Positions 1 to 12,309 of a DNA stretch of 64,000 nucleotides are shown piece after piece. The translations under genes were made by a program, and so were the position numbers. Origin of the DNA: Isurus oxyrinchus (lineage: Eukaryota); contig JANJGN010000012.1 of the NCBI GenBank assembly GCA_026770705.1, forward strand, positions 77,686,001 to 77,750,000, read 5' to 3'. The notes under the pieces are model-generated. The model had not been told where the DNA came from. It searched no databases and saw nothing but the letters and a program-made list of their open reading frames with translations. The first letter of the stretch is position 1. Each line of letters starts with the position of its first letter.

Positions 1-3000
1 TCCCTCTTCCCTCCACAGCCCCTCTCCCGGGCCCTCCCTCCTCCTGCCCCTCTCCCTGGCTCTCCCTCCACTGTCCCTCTCCCTGGCCCTCCCTCCACTG
101 TCTCTCTCCCGGGCCCTCCCTCCACTGTCCCTCTCCCGGGCCCTCCCTCCACAGTCCCTCTCCTGGGCCCTCCCTCCACAGCCCCTCTCCCGGGACATCC
201 CTCCTCCTGCCCCTCTCCCAGGTCCTCCGTTCACAGCCCCTCTCCCGGGCCCTGCCTCCTCCAGCCCCTCTCCCGGGCCCTCCCTCCAGAGCCCCTCTGC
301 CGGGCCCTCCCTCCTCCAGCCTCTCTCCCGGGCCCTCCCTCCTCCTGCACCTCTCCCGAGCCCTCCCTCCTCCTGCCCCTCTCCCGGGCCCTCCCTCCAC
401 AGCCCATCTCCTGGGCCCTTCCTCCTCCGGCCCTTCTCCATGGTCCTCCCTCCATAGCCCCTCTCCTGGTTCCTCCCTCCTGGGTTCTCCTTCCACAGCT
501 CCTCTCTGGGCCCTCCCTCCTCCTGCCCCTCCTCCCAGGCCCTGCCTTCACAGTGCATCTCCTGGACCCTCCCTCCTCCCTGCAGAGCTCCTCTCTGGGC
601 CCTCCCTCCTCCTGCCACTCTCCCGGGCCCTACCTCCTGTCCCTCTCCCGGGCCTTCTCTCCACAGCCCCTCTCCCGTGCCGTCTCTCCTCCTGCCCCTG
701 TCCCGAGCCCTCCCTTCAGAGCCCCTCTCCGAGGTCTTCCCTTCTCCCCCCACCCCCAAGCCCTCTCTGGGCCCTCCCTCCTCCTGCCCCTGTCCCCTCC
801 CTCCACAGCCCCTCTCCTGGGCCTTCCCACCACAGCCCCTCTCCTGGGCTTTCCCACCACAGCCCCTCTCCCAGGCCCTCCATCCACAACCCCTCTCCCA
901 GGCCCTCCATCCACAGCCCCTCTCCCAGGCTCTCCATCCACAGCCCCTCTCCCGTGCCGTCCCTCCTCAGCCCCTCTGTCTGGCACTCCCTCCTCCTGCC
1001 CTTCTCCCGGGCCCACCCACCACAACCGCCCTCCCGGGCCCTTCCTCATCCAGCTCTTCTCCCGGGTCCTCCCTCCACAGCCCCTCTCCTGGGTCCTCCC
1101 TCCCTTCACAGTGCATCTCCTGGGCCCTCCCTCCTCCCTCCACAGCCCCTCTCCCGGGTACTCCATCCACAAACCCTCCCTCCACAGCCCCACACCCGGG
1201 CCCTTCCTCCACCAGCCCCTCTCGCGGGCCCTCCCTCCTCCTGCCCCTCTCCCAGGTCCTCCTTTCACTGTCCATCACCTGGGCCCTCCCTCCTCCCTCC
1301 ACAGCTCATTTCCTGGGGCCTCCCTCCCTCCCTCCTCCTGCCCCTCTCCCAGGTCCTCCTTCCACAGCCCCTCTGTCGGCCCCTCTCTACTCCCTCCAGC
1401 CTCCACAGTCCCACTCCCAGGCCCTCTCTCTTCCCTCCACAGCCCCTCTCCCGGGCCCTCCCTCCTCCTGCCCCTCTCCCTGGCCCTCCCTCCTCCTGCC
1501 CCTCTCCCTGGCCCTTCCTCCACAGTCCCTCTCCCGGGCCCTCCCTCCACAGCCCTTCTCCCGGGACATCCCTCCTCCTGCCCCTTTCCCAGATCCTCCG
1601 TTCACAGACCCTCTCCCGGGCCCTCCCTCCTGCTGCCCCTCTCCCGAGCCCCCTCCACAGCCCCTCTCCTGGGACCTCCCTCCAAAACCCCTCTCCCGGG
1701 TCCTCCCTCCACAGCCCCTCTCTTCACAGCCCCTCTACCAGGCCCTCCCTCCTCCCACTCAGCCCTCTCGCAGGCCCTCCATCCTCCAGCCCCTCTACCA
1801 GGTCCTCCCTTCACAGTGCATCTCCTGGACCCTTCCTCCTCCCTCCACAGCCCCTCTCCTGGGTCCTCCCTCCTTTCACAGTGCATCTCCCAGGCCCTCC
1901 CTCCTCCCTCCACAGCCCCTCTCCCGGGCCCTCCCTCCTCCTGCCCCTCTCCTGGGCCCTCCCTCCTCCTGCCCCTGTCCCTAGCCCTCCCTCCTCCTGC
2001 CCCTCTCCCTGGCCCTTCCTCCACAGTCCCTCTCCCGGGCCCTCCCTCCACAGCCCCTCTCCCGGGACATCCCTCCTCCTGCCCCTCTCCCAGGTCCTCC
2101 GTTCACAGCCCGTCTCCCGGGCCCTCCCTCCTGCCGCCCCTGTCCCGAGCCTCCTCCACAGCCCCTCTCCTGGGACCTCCCTCCAAAACCCCTCTCCCGG
2201 GTCCTCCCTCCACAGCCCCTCTCTTCACAGCCCCTCTACCAGGCCCTCCCTCCACCCACTCAGCCCTCTCGCAGGCCCTCCATCCTCCAGCCCCTCTACC
2301 AGGTCCTCCCTTCACAGTGCATCTCCTGGACCCTTTCTCCTCCCTCCAGAGCCCATTTCCTGGGCCCTCCCTCCCTCCTCCTGCCCCTCTCCCGAGCCCT
2401 CCCTACAGAGCCCCTCTGAGGTCTTCCCTCCTCCGCCTGCAGCCCTCTCTGGGCCCTCCTTCCTCCTGTCCCTCTCCCGGGCCCTCCATCCACAGCCCCT
2501 CTCCTGGGCTCTTCCTCCTTCAGCCCCTCTCCTGGGCCCTCCCTCCTCCAGCCCCTCTCCTGGGCCCTCTCTCGGGCCCTCCCTCCTCCTGCATCTCTCC
2601 CGAGCCCTCCCTCCCTCCTGCCCCTCTCCCGAGCCCTCCCTCCCTCCTGCCCCTCTCCCGGGCCCTCCCTCCTGCCCCTCTCCCGGGCCCTCCCTCCACA
2701 GCCCCTCTCCCGTGCCGTCTCTCCTCCTGCCCCTGTTCAGAGCCCTCCCTTCAAAGCCCCTCTACGAGGTCTTCCCTCCTCCCCCCACCCCCCAAGCCCT
2801 GTCTGGGCCCTCCCTCCTCCTGCCCCTGTCACGGGCCCTCCCTCCACAGCCCCTCTCCTTGTCCTTCCCTCCACAGCCCCTCTCCTGGGTCCTCCCTCCA
2901 CTGCCCCTTTCTTTACAGCCCCTCTACCAGGCCCTCCCTCCTCCCACTCAGCCCTTTCGCAGGCCATCCATCCTCCTGCCCCTCTCCCGGGCCCTACCTC

Positions 3001-6000
3001 CTGTCCCTCTCCCGGGCCTTCCATCCACAGCCCCTCTCCCAGGCCCTCCATCCACAGCATCTCTCCTGTGCCGTCCCTCCTCAGCCCCTCTGTCTGGCCC
3101 TCCCTCCTCCTCCACCCTCCACAGCCCCTCTCCCGGGCCCTCCCTCCACTGCCCCACTACAACCGCTCTCCCGGGCCCTTCCTCATCCGGCTCTTCTCCC
3201 GGGTCCTCCCTCCACAGCCCCTCTCCTGGGTCCTCCCTCCACAGCCCCTCTCCTGGGTCCTCCCTCCACTGCCCCTCTCCTGGGTCCTCGCTTCACAGTG
3301 CATCTCCTGGACCCTCCCTCCACCCTCCACAGCTACTCTCCTGGGCCCTCCCTCCTCCCTCCACAGCTCATTTCCTGGGCCCTCCCTCCTCCTGCCCCTC
3401 TCCCAGGTCCTCGCTTCACAGTGCATCTCCTGGACCCTCCCTCCTCCCTCCAGAGCTCCTCTCTGGGCCCTCCCTCCTCCTGGCCCTCTCCCGTGCCATC
3501 TCTCCTCCTGCCCCTGTCCCGAGCCCTCCCTTCAGAGCCCCTCTCCGAGGTCTTCCCTCCTCCCACCACCCCCAAGCCCTCTCTGGGCCCACCCTCCTGC
3601 CCCTGTCCTGAGCCCTCCCTCCACAGCCCCTCTCCTGGGCCCTCCCTCCTCCAGCCCCTCTCCTGGGCCCTCTCACGAGCCCTCCCTCCTCCTGCACCTC
3701 TCCCGAGCCCTCCCTCCACTGCCCCTCTCCCGTGCCATCTCTCCTCCTGCCCCTGTTCAGAGCCCTCCCTTCAAAGCCCCTCTACGAGGTCTTCCCTCCT
3801 CCCCCCACCCCCCAAGCCCTCTCTGGGCCCTCCCTCCTCCTGCCCCTGTCACGGGCCCTCCCTCCACAGCCCCTCTCCTTGTCCTTCCCTCCACAGCCCC
3901 TCTCCTGGGTCCTTCCTCCACTGCCCCTCTCTTCACAGCCCCTCTACCAGGCCCTCCCTCCTCCCACAGCCCTCTCGCAGGCCCTCCATCCTCCTGCCCC
4001 TCTCCCGGGCCCTACCTCCTGTCCCTCTCCCGGACCTTCCCTCCACAGCCCCTTTCGCGTGCCGTCTCTCCTCCTGCCCCAGTCCCGAGCCCTCCCTCCA
4101 CAGCCCCTCTCCCGGGCCTTCCATTCACAGCCCTTCTCCCAGGCTCTCCATCCACAGCATCTCTCCCGTGCCGTCCCTCCTCAGCCGCTCTGTCTGGCCC
4201 TCCCTCCTCCTCCACCCTCCACAGCCCCTCTCCCAGGCCCTCCCTCCTCCTGCCCCTCTCCCAGGCCCTCCCTCCTCCTGCCCCTCTCCTGGGTCCTCCC
4301 TCCACTGCCCCTCTCCTGGGTCCTTCCTCCACAGCCCCTCTCCCGGGTCCTCCCTCCACTGCCCCTCTCCTGGGTCCTCCCTCCACTGCCCCTCTCTTCA
4401 CAGCCTCTCTACCAGGCCCTCCTTCCTCCAACCCCAGCCCTCTCGCGAACCCTCCCTCCTCCTGCCCCTCTCCCAGGTCCTCGCTTCACAGTGCATCTCC
4501 TGGGCCCTCCCTCCTCCCTCCACAGCCCCTCTCCCGGGTACTCCATCCACAAACCCTCCCTCCACAGCCCCACACCCGGGCCCTCCCTCCTCCAGCCCCT
4601 CTCCCAGGTCCTCCTTTCACAGTCCATCGCCTGGGCTCTCCCTCCACCCTCCACAGCTACTCTCCTGGGCCCTCCCTCCTCCCTCCATAGCTCATTTCCT
4701 GGGCCCTCCCTCCTCCTGCCCCTCTCCCAGGTCCTCACTTCACAGTGCATCTCCTGGACCCTCCTTCCTCCCTCCAGAGCTCCTCTCTGGGCCCTCCCTT
4801 CTCCTGGCCCTCTCCCGTGCCGTCTCTCCTCCTGCCCCTGTCCCGAGCCCTCCCTTCAGAGCCCCTCTCCGAGGTCTTCCCTCCTCCCCCCACCCCCAAG
4901 CCCTCTCTGGGCCCACCCTCCTGCCCCTGTCCCGAGCCCTCCCTCCACAGCCCCTCTCCTGGGCCTTCCCTCCACAACCCCTCTCCCAGGCCCTCCATCC
5001 ACAGCCCCTCTCCCAGGCCCTCCATCCACAGCCCCTCTCCCGTGCCGTCCCTCCTCAGCCCCTCTCCCGGGCCCTCCCTCCTCCTGCCCCTCTCCCAGGT
5101 CCTCCACAGTCCCTCTCCTGGGCCTTCCCTCCACAGCCCCTCTCCCAGGACATCCCTCCTCCTGCCCCTCTCCCAGGTCCTCCCTTCACAGTGCATCTCC
5201 TGGGCCCTCGCTCCTCCCTCCACAGCTACTCTCCTTGGGCCCTCCCACCTCCCTCCTCCCTCCACAGCTACTCTCCTGGGCCCTCCCTCCTCCCTCCACA
5301 GCTACTCTCCTTGGGCCCTCCCTCTTCCCTCCACAATCCATCTCCCTCCCTCCCTCTGCAGCCCCTCTCCTGGGTTCTCCTTCCACAGCTCCTCTCTGGG
5401 CCCTCCCTCCTCCTGCCCCTCTCCCAGGTCCTCCCTTCACAGTGCATCTCCTGGACCCTCCCTCCTCCCTCCAGAGCCCATTTCCTGGGCCCTCCCTCCT
5501 CGTGCCCCTCTCCCGAGCCCTCCCTACAGAGCCCCTCTCCAAGGATTTCCCTCCTCCCCTTGCAGCCCTGTCTGGGCCCTCCTTCCTCCTGTCCCTTTAC
5601 CAATCCCTCCATCCACAGACCCTCTCCTGTGTCCTCCCTCCACAATCCCTCCCCCCACAGCCCCTCTCCCGTGCCGTCCCCTCCTCAGCCCCTCTGTCGG
5701 GCCCTCCCTCCTCCTGTTCCTCTCCCAGATCCTCCCTCCACAGCCCATTTCCCGGGCCCTGCCTCCCTCCCTCCTCCTGCCCCTCTCCCGGGCCGTCCCT
5801 CCTCAGCCCCTCTGTCGGGCCCTTCCTCCTCCTGCCCCTCTCCCGGGCCCTCCTTCCTCCTGCCCCTCTCCCGGGCCTTCCCTCCTCCTGCCCCTCTCCC
5901 GGGCCCTCCCTCCTCCTGCCCATCTCCTGGGCCCTCCCTCCACAACCCCTCTACCAGGCTCTCCCTCCTCCCACTCAGCCCTCTTGTGGGCCCTCCATCC

Positions 6001-7325
6001 TCCTGCCCCTCTCCCAGGTCCTCCCTTCACAGTGCATCTCCTGGGCCCTCCCTCCTCCCTCCACAGCTACTCTCCTTGGGCCCTCCCTCCTCCTTCCATA
6101 GCTACTCTCCTTGGGCCCTTCCTCCTCCCTCCTCCCTCCACAGCCCACCTCCCTCCCTCTCTCTGCAGTCTCTCTAGGGCCCTTGCTCCTCCTGCCCCTC
6201 TCCCGAGCCCTACCTCCTCCTGCCCCTCTCCCGGGTACTCCCTCCTCCTGCCCCTCTCCCAGGTCCTCCCTTCACAGTGCATCTCCTGGGCCCTACCTCC
6301 CTCCTCCTGCCCCTCTCCCGAGCCCTCCCTATTTCCTGTCCCTCTCCGAGGTCCCCCCTCCTCCCCCCCCAGCCCTCCCTGGGTCCTCCTTCCTCCTGCC
6401 CCTCTCCCAGGTCCTCCGTTCACAGCCCCTCTCCCGGGCCCTACCTCCTCCTGCCCCTCTCCGGGGCTCTCCCTCCTCCTGCCCCTCTCCTGGGCCCTCC
6501 TTCCTGCTGCCCCTCTCCCTCCCTCCTCCTGCCCCTCTCCTGAGCCCTCCCTACAGAGCCCCTCTCCAAGGTCTTCCCTCCTCCCCCTGCAGCCCTCTCT
6601 GGGCCCTCCTTCCTCCTGTCCCTCTCCCGGTCCCTCCATCCACAGACCCTCTCCTGTGTCCTCCCTCCACAATCCCTTCCCCCACAGCCCCTTTCCCGTG
6701 CCGTCCCTCCTCAGCCCCTCAGTCGGGCCCTCCCTCCTCCTCCACCCTCCACAGCCCCTCGCCCAGGCCCTCCATCTTCCCTCCTCAGCCCCTCTCCCGA
6801 GCCCTCCCTCCTCCTGCCCCTCTCCCAGGCCCTCCCTCCTCCTGCCCCTCTCCCGAGCCCCCTCCACAGCCCCTCTACCAGGCCCTCCCTCCTTCCACTC
6901 AGCCCTCTTGCGGGCCCTCCATCCTCCTGCCCCTCTCCCAGGTCCTCCCTTCACAGTGCATCTCCTGGGCCCTCCCTCCTCCCTCCTCCCTCCACAGCCC
7001 ATCTCCTTGTCCTTCCCTCCACAGCCCCTCTCCTGGGTCCTCCCTCCACTGCCCCTCTCTTCACAGCCCCTCTACCAGGCCCTCCCTCCTCCCACTCAGC
7101 CCTCTCCCGGGCCCTACCTCCTCCTGCCCCTCTCCCGGGCCCTCCCTCCACAGCCCCTCTCCCAGGCCCTGCCTCCACAGCCCCTCTCCTGGGCCCTGCC
7201 TCCATAGCCCCTCTCCCGGGCCGTCCCTCCTCAGCCCCTCTGTCGGGCCCTCCCTCCTCCCTCCACCCTCCACAGCCCCTCACTGCCCCTCCCCCACCCC
7301 AGCCCCTCACCACCCATCTCCCAGG
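1..7325. repeat. C/T-rich complex minisatellite (about 27-28 bp modules with higher-order duplications), probably intronic in the CASS4-like gene
   Basis: Recurrent modules GGGCCCTCCCTCCACAGCCCCTCTCCC, GGGCCCTCCCTCCTCCTGCCCCTCTCCC and TTCACAGTGCATCTCCTGG run throughout. Pyrimidine bias on + is extreme. The array runs off the left edge. Confidence 0.95.
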
Positions 7326-8041
7326 CCCTCATTGAGCATCACTCCTGTCTCTGGTCCTTGTGAGGCATGTTCCAACAGTGGCAGTGGTCAGTTATTTCAG
7401 AGTGTCAAAATAACACTGTATTACACTACGTGAACAACAGCCTCCATGTTTTCCACATCACAACCAGATTTTGCAAAATTCTCATGCGTGAACATGTGAA
7501 GATATTTGCAGTCTGGGAAATATGTGCAGCAAAACGTAACTTTATAAGCAGAGTTTACTTACTGCCATTTGGGTTGTTTCTACTGCGGCTATGTGGAACT
7601 CTGATCCAGAGAGAATTCCATAAATCTACTTCAGTTTTTTTTGGACAGATTTGTATTTTAATAATCAGAACTCTTCAATCACTGGATGCGACATCACAGG
7701 CAAAGCAATTCTACCTGTGGGAAATGCACCCTCTGCAGATGTGATGTCACCAAGCTCAGCGTTTAAATATTCACTCACTCCAAAGGATCAGGATCCCATT
7801 TAAATTTCTACCGACTCCCAGGAGTCCCTTTTTCCCCTGTAACAGTCGCCACGCTTCAAAAAAATACTTCATTGGCTGCAAAGCACTTTGGGATGCCCAG
7901 TGGTCATGGAAAGTGCTACGTAAATGCAAGTCTCTCTTTTCTCCTTGAAATACTGTCACATTCCCAGGGTCCCCTTTAAATAAATATTGACACAGTCCCA
8001 GGAACTCACTTTAGATTTTAATACAATCCCAGGAAGTTGCT

Positions 8042-8234
8042 AAACAAGAAAAGAATTACCTGGAAAAACTCAGCAGGTCTGGCAGCATCAGCGGAAAAGA
8101 AAAGAGTTGACGTTTCGAGTCCTCATGACCCTTCAACAGAATCTTCTCCGCCGATGCTGCCAGACCTACTGAGTTTTTCCAGGTAATTCTGTTTTTGTTT
8201 TGGATTTCCAGCATCCGCAGTTTTTTGTTTTTAC
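8042..8234. mobile_element. Miniature Penelope-like element: two inverted terminal fragments
   Basis: The arms are reverse complements (AATTACCTGGAAAAACTCAG / CTGAGTTTTTCCAGGTAATT) and match the termini of the 49307-53063 element. A 14-bp direct repeat CCCAGGAAGTTGCT lies at 8028-8041 and 8235-8248. Confidence 0.85.
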
Positions 8235-8884
8235 CCCAGGAAGTTGCTGTTCTGTCTAAAGACAGTGTCAGGTACCTGAAGGAGCACAGTGCCCTTGTGT
8301 AGAATTTATTTAAACACTGGACTGTCTGGTGATGTTGGCTAGGAATGCCCAGACTTGTCTTAGGTTAATGCAGCAAAGCCTCACAAGCCACAATTCAATT
8401 CTATCTTGATGCTAATGGTTTTTTGATTAAGGATCTATCCAGGGATCAGTCTTTCTAAAATTATAGGCTCTTGAAATTCAAAAAAACAAATATGAAATAT
8501 GAACACAAATGGAACTGAGCTCCTGTTCCTGGTGGCTGGGGTGAGCACACCCCTTGTTTAGATGATACCTAAGGATGTTTTACACTGGACCAATTTACTG
8601 CTGTAAGGATTACAGCCCATTGCTAGAACAATTCACTTACAAATTACTTATTTGAACACAAACTGTATTTTGAAAATACATTTGAGATGTCATGTTTGTG
8701 AGGAGAAATCCTACCAGAAATGTCAATTCTGGAGAATTCCTAACAGTTGCAAGTTGTGGGGGGGAATTGCACTAACTCCAAGAAGCCAGAGTAAGATGGC
8801 TGCTTCACCCGAATTAGAGTGGAGAGTGTAACACTGTTTTGGGAGCGGGATGGGTAGTTGAAGTATAATTTTTTTTGTATATGT

Positions 8885-9190
8885 ATCCATTCTCAGCTTG
8901 TGGGTGTCACTGGCTGGGCCAGCATTTATTGCCCATCCCTAATTGCCCTTGAGAAGGTGGTGGTGAGCTGCCTTCTTGAACCACTGCAGTCCCTGTGGTG
9001 TAGGTACACCCACAGTGCTGTTAGGGAGGGAGTTCTAGTTGACCCAGCGACAGTGAAGGAACGGCACTATATTTCCAAGTCAGGATGGTGAGTGACTTGG
9101 AGGGGAACTTGGAGGTCATGGTGTTCCCATGTATCTGCTGCCCTTGTCCTTCTAGGTGGTAAACCCTTCTAGGGTTTGGAAGATGCTATC
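8885..9190 (-). mobile_element. LINE 3' tail fragment (family with GGGATGGGCAATAAATGCTGG tail)
   Basis: Near-identical to the tails at about 10240, 22820 and 35640, which are attached to RT-coding sequence. Confidence 0.75.
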
Positions 9191-9448
9191 GAAGAAGTAG
9201 CAGATGGACTGCAGACTCAAGAAATAGTGATCCTGATAGCTTCTGCAATGCAGCTGCCCACTTGGCCAACTTAAAGATCATGTCCCTGTAGCCATGCAGC
9301 TGGGCCTGCCTGTTGAAAGATGCTCCTCGAGCATGCCAAAGGCTGGTGCTGGCATTTATGAGGCCTTGACCAAAGGTCTCTCTGAGTGGGCCTCTTGCGG
9401 GGCCATGAGTAACAGTCTCCTGATAATCTCGCTGGTGTTTCCCTGCAG

Positions 9449-9529
9449 CGGAAAGAGGAATTCGAAAGGCAGGAGAAGGAGAGCATCAAGCAAAAAGAGA
9501 GAGAAAGTTTCAAACAGAAAAACCAACAG
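9449..9529 (+). CDS. CASS4: CAS-family scaffold (CASS4-like), penultimate coding exon, RKEEFERQEKESIKQKERESFKQKNQQ
   Basis: Acceptor tttccctgcag and donor CAG|gtaact; 81 bp, phase 0-0. KEEFERQ matches the segment after the YDYVHL motif in NEDD9/BCAR1. It splices in frame to 13058. Confidence 0.8.
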
Positions 9530-10034
9530 GTAACTGCCCAGCTCTCACTGGGATTATGTAAAGTACATTTTACTTAAACTAAATTTGCACTGTTAATGAT
9601 TTTCAAAACTTCTTCAAGTAAAACATCAGAGGTGTTCTCATTAAAATATTTTTATGGTCACATTAGGCAGGCAGCCTTTATTTTCAGTGCTAGAGGGCTA
9701 ACCATGGTGAACAGATTTCAACATTCATGGTGGACGTTCATCGCCAGTTCTTGCTGGACCACTATCAAGTTCTGCTCTTCTCTGTCAAACCTTTTTAGAA
9801 TGCAGGATGCTGGGTCCCTCTTCTCCACTGCCTCTTAAACCACTCTCCCCTGCCTCCTCCACCTCACCCCCAACAACAAATTGGAGTGGCCGATGAATTC
9901 CCTTGTCATGAGGATTGATCAGCTGCCTCTGCTGCTTCCCTCCTCTCGCCTTGCCTACCAGGCCAAACTTTTCTGAAGGCTTCCCCCTATGACAGCTTAA
10001 AGCTCTATCTTTCTCTTGTTTCCATACATGGCAT

Positions 10035-11760
10035 ATTATTTACAACACACAAACACAACTATTTTGCCCAAAAGGTCTGTACTGGTGTTTATGCTCCAGA
10101 AGAGTCTCCTCCCCACCCTTCTTCATCTAACACCATCAATGTATCCTTCCATTCATTACTCCCTCCTATGTGTATTGAACTTTCCCTTAAACGCATCTAT
10201 GTTATTCACTTCAACAATTCAATATTTTTCTTTATTCATTCTGGGATGTGGGCATCGCTGGCTAGGCAAGTATTTATTGCCCATCCCTAATTGTCCTTGA
10301 GACGGTGGTGATGAGCTGCCTTCTTGAAGGGTTGCAGTCCATGTGGTGTAGGTACACCTACAGTGCTGCGAGGGAGTTCCAGGATTTTGACCCAGTGACA
10401 GTGAAGGAACAGTGATATATTTCCAAGTTAGGATGGTGAGTGACTTGGAGGGGAAATTCCAGGTGGTGGTGCTCCTACCTCTCTGCTGTTCTTGTCTTTC
10501 AAGATGGTAGTAGTTGTGGGTTTGGAAGGTGCTGTCGAAGGAGGCTTGGGTGAATTCCTGCAGTGCATCTTGTAGATGGTACACACTGCTGCCACTATTC
10601 ATTGGTGGTGGAGGGAGTGACTGTTTGTGAATGGGGTGCCAATCAACAAGGCTACCTCGTCCTAGATGGCGTCAAGCTTCTTGAGTGTTGTGGGAGCTGC
10701 ACTCATCGAGGCAAGTGGAGAGTATTCCATCACATTCTTGACTTGTGCCTTGTAGAAGGTGGGCAGGCTTTGGGGAGTCAGAAGGAGAGTTACTCGTCAT
10801 AGGATTCCTAACCTCTGGCTTGCTCTTGTAGTCACAGTTTTTATATGGCTAGTTCAGTTAAGTTCAGTTTCTGGTCAAAGGTAACTCCCAGGATGTTGAT
10901 AATGGGGGATCTGTTGATGGTAATGCCTTTGAATGTCAAAGGGCGATGGTTAGATTCTCTCTTGGTCATTGCCTGGCACTTGTATGGCACGAATGTTACT
11001 TGCTTGTCAGCCCCAGCCTGGATATTGTCCAGGTCTTGCTGCATTTGGACCTGGACTGCTTCAGTATCTGAGGAGTTGCAAATGGTGCTGAACATTGTGC
11101 AATCATCAACGAACATCCCCACTTCTGACTTTATGATGGAGGGAAGGTCATTGATGAAGCAGCTAAAGATGTTTGAGCCGAGGACATATAATGATTCCAC
11201 ATTCTAAGCACTCTCTGAGTAAGAGGTTATTTCTGAATTCCCTATCGGATTTATTAGTGACTATCGTATATTGGTGAATCCTGGTTCTGGCCTTGCCCGC
11301 AAGTAAAAGCATCTTCTCTGTGTCTACTCTATCAAAATCTTTTATAAAGTTCAGAATCTCTATTAGGTCACCCTTCAGTTTTCTCTTTTCTAGAGAAAAG
11401 AGCTCTAGCCTGTTCAATTTTTCCTAACACATATAACCCCTCAGTTCTGGTATCATTCTAGTAAACATTCTAGTAAACCTTCTCCAGTGCCTCTATCTCC
11501 TTTTGGCAGTATGGAGATCAGAACATAGCTTCTCTGCTTTTCAATTCAATCCCTCTAGAAATGAACCTCAGCATTTTGTTTGTTTTTTTATGGCCTTATG
11601 AAACTGTGCCACTACTATTATTGATATGTATTTTCACTCCCAGTGCATCTGTCCGTCTGACGATTTAAACACTTACTTTCTAAAGACTATGCGGCCTCAT
11701 CTAAAGAGAATGTGTATTCTTCCTACATAAATGTACCACCTCACACTTAACTAAATTACA
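10035..11760 (-). mobile_element. CR1-like LINE 3' fragment interrupted by a second LINE
   Basis: ORF 11163-11417 (RLELFSLEKRKLKGDLIE) is the typical CR1 ORF2 C-terminus. The tail portion at 10035-10215 resumes at about 11187. Confidence 0.7.
10232..11186 (-). mobile_element. 5'-truncated LINE (RT C-terminal part plus 3' tail)
   Basis: ORF 10841-11200 has IFSCFINDLP...GMFVDDCT (RT motifs 4/5) and carries the shared family tail. Confidence 0.85.
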
Positions 11761-12309
11761 GATTTGCAGAACTGTTGTGGTGCAGGAGGAGGTCATTTGG
11801 CCCATCATATCTCCACCGGCTCTCCAAATGAGCAACTTACCTAGTGCCATTCTCCCTGCCTTCTCCCCATAGCCCTGCACAATCTTGCCTTCTGTGCTGC
11901 CTTTTAATGCTGCAGTGTAAGCACCCTAAGATGGTTGTTCTAGGGCCTCCAGCAATTCCCCCCACCACTTTTGAGTCGGCGGGGCTGCCCACCTTTGAAC
12001 CTTCTCAACTGACAGACTCGTCTGAAGCCTCCTTATCTTGACGGATTATAGCCCAATTTTGAAGTTTATTTGCCAGTTACGCACCCATTTTTGTCATCTC
12101 CATATCCTAACATTAATTGCCTCAGTTGGCTAGCTGCCTTTTGCAGGCGGGTCGTTATTCTGCCCCTGACCCAGCCCTCCCAAAAATGGCTTGGGGAGAG
12201 ATGGTGTTGGCAAACCAGCATGCCAGCCGGTCTCCCTGAAATCACCGCACGCCTATGTCGGTTTTCACCCTTAGGAGCTCCGAAAGTCCTCCGCATGGCG
12301 TTTCATTAT

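Noticed and set aside
1-7325. PRDM9 hotspot motif or Ig switch-region similarity
   Set aside because: CCTCCCT similarity is expected from composition, PRDM9 motifs are species-specific, and there is no immunoglobulin context.
553-7433. Very long Pro/Ser/Leu ORFs (1874, 885, 820, 789 aa) and Gly/Arg/Glu ORFs on -
   Set aside because: All three + frames are open at once because the C/T-rich repeat rarely forms stop codons. Module lengths of 27-28 bp do not preserve frame, so this is not a mucin or extensin gene.
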